Part shown: positions 17,796 to 27,921 of the stretch, in pieces
How positions within the stretch are numbered: the stretch's first letter is position 1
Layout of the letters: each line of letters opens with the position of its first letter
From: a bacterium
GTDB taxonomy: Bacteria; Zhuqueibacterota; Zhuqueibacteria; Zhuqueibacterales; Zhuqueibacteraceae
Direction of reading: 5' to 3'
Assembly (NCBI GenBank): GCA_044869275.1
Contig: JBIOXB010000121.1
Coordinates: 1-27,921 of the forward strand
DNA length: 27,921 nucleotides
The notes under the pieces: model-generated
The model's input: only the letters and a program-made list of their open reading frames with translations
What the model was told of the DNA's origin: nothing
The model's database searches: none
Made by a program: the position numbers and the translations under genes

Positions 17796-18341
17796 ATGAA
17801 AGAAGGCATACTGGCACAACGCTACGCCAAGGCTTTGTTCGCGGTGGCGCTGGAGCGCAAACTGCTGGACAAGGTGCGCAGCGAGCTCCACGATTTCGTC
17901 GCGCATCTCGAAAGTGATCCAGCGCTGGCGGAGTTCATGCGCTCACCGGAAAATAGCCGCGCCGTGAAGCGCAAGTTGCTGGAGAAAGTGTATCAAGATC
18001 GTTATTCCGCCATCCTTTTCAATTTTCTCACCCTGGTGGTGGACAAAGGCAGAAGCACGCTGTACCGGGAGATTTATCAAGCCTTCAATGAGCTCTATGA
18101 CCGCCATCATCGCAAAGCTCGGGCGCTGGCCATTACCGCGTCGCCCATGGACAAAGGCGATTTGAACACGCTGCAAGCCGATCTCTCCAAGGCGATGCGG
18201 TTGACATTGGAAATCGAGAACCGCGTCGATCCCGCCATTCTCGGCGGCCTGGTGCTGAACATCGACGGTAAAATTTTGGATGCTTCCATCAAACGCCAGC
18301 TCGACAGTTTGTTGGAGGTCATGGCGAATCGGATGAATTGA
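17796..18341 (+). CDS. atpH: ATP synthase F1 subunit delta
   Basis: 'LAQRYAKALF', 'NFL-LVVDKGR', 'VDPAILGG------KILDASI--QL'. Start is ATG 17796. Confidence 0.96.
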   Translation: MKEGILAQRYAKALFAVALERKLLDKVRSELHDFVAHLESDPALAEFMRSPENSRAVKRKLLEKVYQDRYSAILFNFLTLVVDKGRSTLYREIYQAFNELYDRHHRKARALAITASPMDKGDLNTLQADLSKAMRLTLEIENRVDPAILGGLVLNIDGKILDASIKRQLDSLLEVMANRMN

Positions 18342-18347
18342 GGCTGT

Positions 18348-18388
18348 TTACGTGTTACGCATTACGTATTACGTAACGCGTAACACGT
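18348..18388. repeat. Heptamer tandem-repeat palindrome (TTACGTR family)
   Basis: TTACGTG TTACGCA TTACGTA TTACGTA followed by inverted copies; ACGTGTTACGC (18350-60) is the exact reverse complement of GCGTAACACGT (18378-88). Confidence 0.85.
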
Positions 18389-18396
18389 CATGGTGA

Positions 18397-19986
<1,590 letters not shown>

Positions 19987-20853
19987 TTGGCTACCTTGCG
20001 CGACATCCGGCGGCGGATTGCCAGCGTCAAGAGCACGCAGCAAATCACCAAGGCCATGAAGATGGTGGCCGCGGCCAAGCTGCGCCGCGCGCAAGAACGC
20101 ATGATGCGCGCGCGGCCTTACGCCAAGAGCCTGGACGATTTGCTCGGGCACGTCAGCGCGAAAGTCGATCCCTCGTGGCATCCGCTGCTGGCCGTGCGCG
20201 AACCCAAGAAAGTCGCGCTGCTGGTGCTCAGCGGCGATCGCGGTTTGGCCGGCAGCTTTAATACGAATATCATTCGCCGCGCCCAAACTGAATTCCAGGC
20301 GCTGCAAAGCAATGGCGCGGAAGTTTCGTTGATTTGCCTCGGCAAGAAAGGCTACGAGCATTTCTATCGCCGCAGTTATGCCATTCTCGAAAAATACACG
20401 GGTTTCTTCAACTTTCTCGAGTTCACCCACGCGCAGGCTATAGGCCAATTGGTGCGGGAGAAGTATCTCGCCGCGGAGCTCGATCGCGTTTTTCTCGTCT
20501 ACAACGAATTTCGTTCGATCATGCTGCAGCGAATCGTGGTCAAACAATTATTGCCCATCGTGCCGCGCCCGCCGCAAGAGGAGAAATACACCAGCGCATA
20601 CATTTTCGAGCCTTCGCCGGAAAAGATCCTCGACCGCTTGTGCCCGAGATATTTGAACATCGCAATCTGGCAGGCGCTGTTGGAATCTTATGCCGCAGAG
20701 TTGGGCGCGCGCATGTCGGCGATGGACGCGGCCACCGAAAACGCACAAGAAGTGATTGGCTTGCTGCGCCTGCACTACAACAAAGCGCGCCAGGCCACCA
20801 TCACCAAAGAGCTGCTGGAAATCGTCGCAGGGGCGGAAGCATTGCAGAAGTAG
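19987..20853 (+). CDS. atpG: ATP synthase F1 subunit gamma
   Basis: 'IR-RI-SV-ST-QITKAMKMVAAAKL', 'DRGLAG-FN', 'ARM-AM--AT-NA', 'NKARQA-IT-EL-EIV-GA'; TTG start directly after the atpA stop. Confidence 0.99.
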   Translation: MATLRDIRRRIASVKSTQQITKAMKMVAAAKLRRAQERMMRARPYAKSLDDLLGHVSAKVDPSWHPLLAVREPKKVALLVLSGDRGLAGSFNTNIIRRAQTEFQALQSNGAEVSLICLGKKGYEHFYRRSYAILEKYTGFFNFLEFTHAQAIGQLVREKYLAAELDRVFLVYNEFRSIMLQRIVVKQLLPIVPRPPQEEKYTSAYIFEPSPEKILDRLCPRYLNIAIWQALLESYAAELGARMSAMDAATENAQEVIGLLRLHYNKARQATITKELLEIVAGAEALQK

Positions 20854-20898
20854 TAATCAGTGATCAACGGGTAGTGCGGGCTTCGGCTGCCTCCATTG

Positions 20899-20950
20899 AT
20901 TCACAATTGACAATTATCAATTGTGAATTGCCGATTGCGAATTGTGAATG
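20899..20950. repeat. Heptamer tandem-repeat palindrome (NNNAATT family)
   Basis: CACAATT GACAATT ATCAATT GTGAATT GCCGATT GCGAATT GTGAATG; ATTCACAATTGA (20899-910) is the exact reverse complement of TCAATTGTGAAT (20917-928). Confidence 0.85.
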
Positions 20951-20985
20951 TTCTGAAAATCTTTACGGTAAAGAGTTCTCCATAG

Positions 20986-22404
<1,419 letters not shown>

Positions 22405-22405
22405 A

Positions 22406-22480
22406 CAAAACCCAAAATCCAAAGCACAAAGTTCAAAACCCTCTTTGAGTTTTGTGCTTTGGATTTTGTGCTTTGAGTTT
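22406..22480. repeat. Heptamer tandem-repeat hairpin (CAAANNN / TTTGNNN family)
   Basis: Five CAAA-heptamers (22406-22440) then five TTTG-heptamers (22444-22478); 18-bp perfect stem 22413-22430 / 22451-22468, extended inward 7 bp with two G-U pairs. Confidence 0.9.
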
Positions 22481-22526
22481 CTGGTTACCGGGTTAGGGGT
22501 TTTTCGCCATGATCAAAGAGTGACAA

Positions 22527-22940
22527 GTGGATAAAACATTTCTGTTGGAAATCGTCACGCCGGTGCGCAAGGCTTTTTCCGGACAAGTCAATGCCATCGT
22601 CGCGCCCGGTGAAGAGGGTTATTTCGGCGTGCTGCCGCGGCATGCGGCGATGTTGAGCAGTTTGGCCATTGGCCATTTGAAAGTCGAAACGCCGAAGGAA
22701 ACCAAACATTTCGCCATTTCCGGCGGCTTCGCCGAGGTGCTGTCGGACGTCGTGCTCATTCTCGCGGAGACGGCGGAGGACTGCTCCGAAATCGATGTCG
22801 AGCGCGCCAAGCAGGCCCAAAGCCGCGCCGAGGAGCGCCTCAAGCAAGAGCGTAAAGAAATAGATGTCGAGCGTGCCCAGGCCGCTTTGGCACGCGCGAC
22901 TAACCGTTTGAAGATTGCCGAGTTTATCGCTCCAAGGTAA
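22527..22940 (+). CDS. atpC: ATP synthase F1 subunit epsilon
   Basis: 'LEIVTP', 'PG-EG-FGVLP-HA', 'SGGFAEV', 'ID-ERA--A--RAE-RL'; GTG start. Confidence 0.98.
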   Translation: MDKTFLLEIVTPVRKAFSGQVNAIVAPGEEGYFGVLPRHAAMLSSLAIGHLKVETPKETKHFAISGGFAEVLSDVVLILAETAEDCSEIDVERAKQAQSRAEERLKQERKEIDVERAQAALARATNRLKIAEFIAPR

Positions 22941-23003
22941 GTTGAATATGGCGGTCCCCAAGAGTTAAACCCTCTGAATCATCGCTTGTCCTGCCTCGTA
23001 CAT

Positions 23004-23026
23004 TGCACCATGTCCTTAGGGGTGCA
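23004..23026. promoter_or_regulatory. Inverted repeat TGCACC-N11-GGTGCA, candidate enhancer (UAS) for a sigma54 activator
   Basis: Perfect 6-bp arms equal to NtrC half-sites but with a longer spacer than the canonical NtrC site; about 100 bp upstream of a -24/-12 element. Confidence 0.45.
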
Positions 23027-23123
23027 GTTTCCGCTTCTTCCTCCCGCATCCAAAGCAGTGCTATTAGCTCTACCTCTTTAAAAAACAAGTATTTGAAAAT
23101 TCTTTAGTTTTCCAGTTTTCAAA

Positions 23124-23139
23124 CGGCATAGCGCTTGCA
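23124..23139 (+). promoter_or_regulatory. Sigma54 (-24/-12) promoter
   Basis: CGGCATAGCGCTTGCA has exact GG-N10-GC spacing, is close to the TGGCAC-N5-TTGCW consensus, and lies about 40 nt upstream of ATG 23179. Confidence 0.75.
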
Positions 23140-23178
23140 CAATTGAGGATGAATTGAACTCTTCAAAAACACGAAATC

Positions 23179-24717
23179 ATGGTCAAAAAGCTCTACACCC
23201 ACATTTTGCCCATCCTGCTCGCCTTGGTGCTTAGTGCTGGCGCCGTCGCGGCGCAGGATCCCACGCTGCCTTTGCTGAACAGCGAGCTGGCGCGGCTAGA
23301 TCGCCTGCTCGAAACGGCAAGGCAGGTGCTGGGCGCATATGAGAACAAAGAAGGGCGGGATTTTTTGACCAAAGCTGAAGCCCTGCGCAAAGAAATCGAT
23401 CAAAAAATCTCGCAAAGAAGATACCGCGAAGCGCAATTGCAAATGCGCGAAGCTTTCGCTTATGCCGAGCGCGCCGTCAAACTCGCGCTCGAGGGACCGG
23501 TGTTGCGATTGCGCGCGCAGCTCGAAGAAGTTCTGCGCCGGGCGGAGACCGAAGTGCTCAACAGCGGCAATCGTGAAGCGCTGCGCTTGTTGCAAGAAGC
23601 CAAGAAGAATCGCGATCTCGGCGATCAAGCGGCGAGTGCGCAGAATCTCAAAGCCGTGGAATACTATCAAATCGGCGTGGCGCTGGCGGAGCGCGCGTTA
23701 AAGCTGGTTGCCGGACGCTCGCCTTCCGCCAGCGCGCCAGCGGATTTGCTCAGCCGCGCGAAGGATTACTATTTGAATCTCGAGGCGCAAGCGCGCGAGG
23801 GTTTGCGCGAATGCCAGAGCCCGATTGCGCAGAGGTTGCACAGCCAGGCGCAAAAGCAAATGCAATCCGCGGAAGAATCCTTTCGCCGCGGGGAGTTTGT
23901 GTTGGCGCAGCGATTCTACAACGGTGCGACTCGTTTGATGCTGCGTGCCATTGATTTGTGCCGGCCGCAGTCCGCCCAGGACCCCCAAACCCTGCAAAAA
24001 GATTTGCAAACACTGCGTGAAAACCTAGATACCGTGGAACAGCAGTTGGCGGGCAACAACGATCCTCGCGCGCGGGCATTGTTGGATTGGGCGCGGCGCT
24101 TGGCGCTGGAAGCGGAGGGCGCGGTTACGGCGCAGCAGCCACTACGTGCGGTGCGGCGCATCGAGCGCGCGCGGTTCTTGGTTGAAAAAGCGCGGCGGCA
24201 CGCCGCAGCCGGTCCAGTCGATTTCAAACAGCAATGCGAAAATGAGCTGCAGCAGTTGCTCGAAGACTTGAAAGAAGCAGATCAAGAAATCGAAGCTACG
24301 AAAAGCCCCGAAGCGCAGACTTTGGTAGACTTGGCGCGCAAGGCGCATGCCGAAGCTGAGGGTATTTGCAATCGCGCGGCAAATTCGTTGCAGGCGCTGG
24401 CCGCGTCCCGCATGATGCTGCGCATGGGCCATCAATTTCTGCTGCAAGCCGAATCCCTCACGCAAGATGGAGGCGTCGCTGCCGTCAGCCGCGAGGCTTT
24501 GCAGCAGCGTTTGAAAGAATTGGACGCCACGCTCCTCGAAGTACGCTCGAACGTGCAAGGCGAGCAAACCGGCTTCGCACAAATATTGGTCTCGCAATCG
24601 ACGAATTTGCGCGACCGCGCGCAGGCCGCTTCTCAGCGCGGCTATTTCTCCGTCGCCATGGAAACTTCAGGCATGGCGCTCGATCTGTTGCGCGAAGCGC
24701 TGCAATTGAATAAATAA
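23179..24717 (+). CDS. Secreted all-alpha protein with about six tandem three-helix repeats (hypothetical)
   Basis: Signal peptide ending AVAA-Q; A/L/E/R/Q-rich; recurring ~75-80 aa pattern separated by Pro/Gly linkers. Confidence 0.8.
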   Translation: MVKKLYTHILPILLALVLSAGAVAAQDPTLPLLNSELARLDRLLETARQVLGAYENKEGRDFLTKAEALRKEIDQKISQRRYREAQLQMREAFAYAERAVKLALEGPVLRLRAQLEEVLRRAETEVLNSGNREALRLLQEAKKNRDLGDQAASAQNLKAVEYYQIGVALAERALKLVAGRSPSASAPADLLSRAKDYYLNLEAQAREGLRECQSPIAQRLHSQAQKQMQSAEESFRRGEFVLAQRFYNGATRLMLRAIDLCRPQSAQDPQTLQKDLQTLRENLDTVEQQLAGNNDPRARALLDWARRLALEAEGAVTAQQPLRAVRRIERARFLVEKARRHAAAGPVDFKQQCENELQQLLEDLKEADQEIEATKSPEAQTLVDLARKAHAEAEGICNRAANSLQALAASRMMLRMGHQFLLQAESLTQDGGVAAVSREALQQRLKELDATLLEVRSNVQGEQTGFAQILVSQSTNLRDRAQAASQRGYFSVAMETSGMALDLLREALQLNK

Positions 24718-24758
24718 CGAATCATAACAAAGGCGAACACTTTAAGCCGGAGTCGCAT

Positions 24759-27700
24759 ATGAAGAATTTTCGTTATTGGAGAACGGCCCTCGTTTTGTTG
24801 GGAATCGCCGGCGGGGCTTTGGCTCAAGATCCAGGCACGAGGTTCAAGCTGATCATTACCCCTCATGAAGCCTTCGTCCAGGCTGGCCAGGGCATCAAGT
24901 TCGAAGCCGCAGTGTTCGACCCCGAGGGCCGGCCGCAGCGTGTCGAGAATGTGCGTTGGACCGTGGAGCCGGACACATTGGGCAGGATAACGGACGACGG
25001 CTTTTTCATGGCCGGCCGTTTTCCCGGCAGGGGCCGGGTGCTTGCGTTTGCCAAAATTCCGGCGCTCAACGAATTGCTGCAAGCGGAAGCGACGGTCGTG
25101 GTGGGCCGGCCCGATCCGCTGCGCGTGATGGTAGTGGTTACGCCGGCGGCCGCATTCGTGCCGCCCGGGCAATTCCAGCAATTCAAAGTGGAGGTATTCT
25201 CGCCCTCCAATATTCCCATCCCGATTCAAAATGTGCGCTGGAACGTTCGTCCGGAAAGTCTCGGCAGAATCGATGAGAACGGGGGCTTCACTGCCGGGCG
25301 TGAATTTGGCCAAGGCGCCATCATCGCATTCGTCGAAACCGATCGCGGCGTATTCAACGGCGAGGCCAAAGTGACGGTCGCAGCCCGGCCGAGCTCGGCA
25401 ATCAAAGGCAAAGTCACCATGGCCAACAGCGATCCGGCCCAACTGGCAGGTTTGGTATTTGCCGAAAGCGTTGGACCGAATCGCTGGCGCGGAGAGGCGA
25501 GAATTGACGATGCCGGCAATTATTTCATCGGACAACTGGCTCCGGGTTTGTACGTGGTGCGCGCGCAGGCGCGCGGTTTCTTGCCGGAATTTTACCAAGA
25601 AGCCGGCGACTATCTGCAAGCCACGCCTGTACAGCTTGCTGCAAATGATACGGCCGAAAGCATCGATTTCAGCCTGGAAAAAGGCGGCGCGATTCAAGGC
25701 ACCGTTGGCGGCGATGATCGCGATGGGCTTCTGGCCGGCGCGCACGTCGTTGCCGTTCTCGCCGTACGGCCCGAGATCCGCCATCACGCCATTTCCAATG
25801 AGCAAGGCGCTTACGCAATTGAAAATTTGCCGAGCGGTACATACGCTGTTTTCGCCGAGGCCGAAGGCTACAAAGGCGAATATTATGACAACGCGCAAAG
25901 CTTGCTCGAGGCGAAGCTGATTCAAGTGGCAGCGCCGCAAATGGTTGCAGACGTGCATTTCAGCCTGGCGCCGGCGAGCGCGATTGCCGGGCAAGTGTAC
26001 GACGCCGTTACGAAAGCGGCAGTTGCAAACGCCAGGATTGTGATCATGCCTGCGCCACCTTCGCGGCTGCCGATCGAGAGGGTCGTTGAGACGGATGAGG
26101 GCGGCGCCTATCTCGCCAGCGTGCCGCCGGGCAACTATCTCGTCTCTGCTGAAGCCCGCGGTTATTTGCTGGAATTCTTCGACGGCGTGCGCCAACCGCG
26201 CGAAGCCAAAATTGTGGAAGTGAAACCGGATGAACGAACCACCGGCATCAATTTCGAGCTGGATCAACTGGGCTCGATCTCCGGCCTCGTGGTCGAACAA
26301 AACGATACCCGCCAGCCGATCGAAGGCGCGCTGGTGCTAGCGTTTCCGGAGCGCGGCAGCGGCCTTCCGCCGGTGCCCACGCCTCGTGCGCCGTTGGTGG
26401 GCAGAACCGAGGCTTCCGGGGCGTACAGCATCGCGCATGTGCCGCCGGGCAGATACTACGTGCTCGCCGAAGCGCGAGGCTTTTTGAGTGAGTATTGGCA
26501 GGAATCGCCGGAAGTGGCAGGCGCGCAACTGGTCGAAGTGGGCGAGGGCAGCGCCGTAACCGGCATCGATTTTACTCTGGAGCAGGGGGGCGCGATTTCG
26601 GGTCTGGTGGTGTCAGCCACTGACGGCAACCCCATTGCCGGCGCGCAAGTACAAGTCTGGAGCAGAACCGGCAACGCCGCGGCGCGCGGCGAAACCGATC
26701 GCACGGGCATGTATCACATCGCGGGTTTGCGCACGGGCGAATATCTCGTAGCGGTGGAAGCCAAAGGGTTCCAGTCAGAATTTTTCGACAATGTACAAAC
26801 ACGTGACCAGGCGACGCCGGTGAAGATCGAAGCGCCGCATGAAACCGCGGGCATCGATTTCGAATTGCAGCCGGCCGATGCACTCCGTGGCGCGATTGCG
26901 GGGATCGTGGTTTCAGAAACCGACGGAATTCCGATTCCGGAGGCGGTAGTACTTGCCCTGCCTTTGCCCTCCGGCCGGCCGCAAGTGGCGTTCGCCGATC
27001 GCTTGGGCGGCTATAAACTGTCCGGGCTCGCGCCGGGAAGATATGTCGTGTTCGCTTACGCGCCGCGCTTCTTGGGCGAGTTTTACGATAATGCGCGAAG
27101 CTTTCAAGAGGCCCTGCCCGTTGCTGTGGAAGCAGGAAAAGAAGCCGGCGGCATCGATTTCAAATTGGAAGCGCGCCAGCGCGGCCCGTACCTCATCGCC
27201 GGCACGATTCGGCGCGGCAACAGCAATCAAGGCGAAAGCAACGCCGTGGTGTATGCCATGGAGAACGGCCTCTATGCCGCCTCCGCGGTGACCGATGACC
27301 AGGGCAATTTCGTGCTCGACGAAATGCCCGCGGGCGAGTACAAAGTCATGGCGACGGCGCCGGGCGGCTCGGCCTTCTTCGGCGGCAGGGACGCCAACAG
27401 TGCGACCACGGTGAGTCTCGGCGGTGGTGCGCATGCGGGCAATATCAGTTTCAGTGTGCCCGGTGGTGTGACTGCGGTGGAAGAAACCGCATCGCAAGTG
27501 CCGGCCACTTTCGCGCTCGAGCAGAATTATCCGAACCCGTTCAATCCTGAGACCGTGATTCCCTACCGGCTCGCCGGCCGCAGTGAAGTGAAACTGATCA
27601 TCTATAACGCGCTCGGCCAGGAAGTGCGGCGCCTGGTTTCCGCCAGGCAGGACGCAGGCACATATCGAGTGCGCTGGGACGGCAAGGACAATTTCGGCCG

Positions 27701-27782
27701 CCCGCTTACCAGCGGGGTTTACATTTATCGCCTGCTCACCGCCGAGAAGGCGTTTACGAGGAGGATGATCTATTTGCGATGA
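24759..27782 (+). CDS. Secreted multi-domain surface protein: 2 Ig-like + 7 carboxypeptidase-regulatory-like repeats + C-terminal T9SS-type/FlgD-Ig sorting domain
   Basis: Signal peptide ending GALA-Q; two 'TP--A-V--GQ---F......VRW-V-P--LG-I---G-F-AG' units; seven 'I-G-V...G-Y-I--L-PG-Y-V-A-A-G(F/Y)--E(F/Y)...GIDF-L' units; 'FALEQNYPNPFNP-T-I-Y...IYN-LGQ-VR-LV...WDG-D--G--L-SGVY-YRL'. Confidence 0.9.
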   Translation: MKNFRYWRTALVLLGIAGGALAQDPGTRFKLIITPHEAFVQAGQGIKFEAAVFDPEGRPQRVENVRWTVEPDTLGRITDDGFFMAGRFPGRGRVLAFAKIPALNELLQAEATVVVGRPDPLRVMVVVTPAAAFVPPGQFQQFKVEVFSPSNIPIPIQNVRWNVRPESLGRIDENGGFTAGREFGQGAIIAFVETDRGVFNGEAKVTVAARPSSAIKGKVTMANSDPAQLAGLVFAESVGPNRWRGEARIDDAGNYFIGQLAPGLYVVRAQARGFLPEFYQEAGDYLQATPVQLAANDTAESIDFSLEKGGAIQGTVGGDDRDGLLAGAHVVAVLAVRPEIRHHAISNEQGAYAIENLPSGTYAVFAEAEGYKGEYYDNAQSLLEAKLIQVAAPQMVADVHFSLAPASAIAGQVYDAVTKAAVANARIVIMPAPPSRLPIERVVETDEGGAYLASVPPGNYLVSAEARGYLLEFFDGVRQPREAKIVEVKPDERTTGINFELDQLGSISGLVVEQNDTRQPIEGALVLAFPERGSGLPPVPTPRAPLVGRTEASGAYSIAHVPPGRYYVLAEARGFLSEYWQESPEVAGAQLVEVGEGSAVTGIDFTLEQGGAISGLVVSATDGNPIAGAQVQVWSRTGNAAARGETDRTGMYHIAGLRTGEYLVAVEAKGFQSEFFDNVQTRDQATPVKIEAPHETAGIDFELQPADALRGAIAGIVVSETDGIPIPEAVVLALPLPSGRPQVAFADRLGGYKLSGLAPGRYVVFAYAPRFLGEFYDNARSFQEALPVAVEAGKEAGGIDFKLEARQRGPYLIAGTIRRGNSNQGESNAVVYAMENGLYAASAVTDDQGNFVLDEMPAGEYKVMATAPGGSAFFGGRDANSATTVSLGGGAHAGNISFSVPGGVTAVEETASQVPATFALEQNYPNPFNPETVIPYRLAGRSEVKLIIYNALGQEVRRLVSARQDAGTYRVRWDGKDNFGRPLTSGVYIYRLLTAEKAFTRRMIYLR

Positions 27783-27785
27783 TCC

Positions 27786-27849
27786 TTCCTGCTCATACTC
27801 ATACTCGCTTTTGGGTTTCTAGAAGAGCGAGTAAGAGTATGAGTAGGAG
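27786..27849 (+). repeat. Hexamer tandem-repeat hairpin (CTCATA / GAGTAN family)
   Basis: TTCCTGCTCATACTCATACTCGCTTTT (27786-812) pairs with AAGAGCGAGTAAGAGTATGAGTAGGAG (27823-849): 27 positions with 1 mismatch and 3 G-U pairs, 10-nt loop. Confidence 0.88.
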
Positions 27850-27862
27850 TCACGATTAGTTA

Positions 27863-27893
27863 GGGTCAAGTCTAAGGCGAGAGTGCTTGACCC
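27863..27893. repeat. REP-like inverted repeat
   Basis: GGGTCAAG (27863-70) and CTTGACCC (27886-93), perfect 8-bp arms. Confidence 0.55.
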
Positions 27894-27921
27894 GAGACGG
27901 CCGTCACCGATCAGCCCGGCA

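Noticed and set aside
22406..22480. Repeat arrays as CRISPR or standard terminators
   Set aside because: There is no repeat-spacer structure or cas gene, the units are 6-7 nt, and the hairpins lack a U-tail after a short GC stem.

Overview
The window is a co-directional (+ strand) core-genome segment of a moderately GC-rich diderm bacterium. An FCB-group organism such as KSB1 is inferred from the Bacteroidota/Chlorobi-style LptD and c subunit, the Q-rule signal peptides and the 'NYPNPFNP' C-terminal sorting domain. Gene order: BatA/vWA membrane protein, hflX, orphan NtrC/NtrX-like sigma54 response regulator, AT-richer hicAB toxin-antitoxin pair, beta-propeller protein, rarA, lptD, parA, parB, M23 peptidase, bactofilin, a complete contiguous F-type ATP synthase operon (atpZ-I-B-E-F-H-A-G-D-C), and a two-gene unit of secreted repeat proteins behind a sigma54-type promoter. 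The most unusual signal is non-coding. Several intergenic spacers carry long hairpins built from tandem 6-7 nt repeats, each from a different repeat family. Others carry REP-like palindromes, and a CCGGGTTRGGG motif occurs both next to one hairpin and in front of hicAB. No rRNA, tRNA, CRISPR array or transposase was seen.
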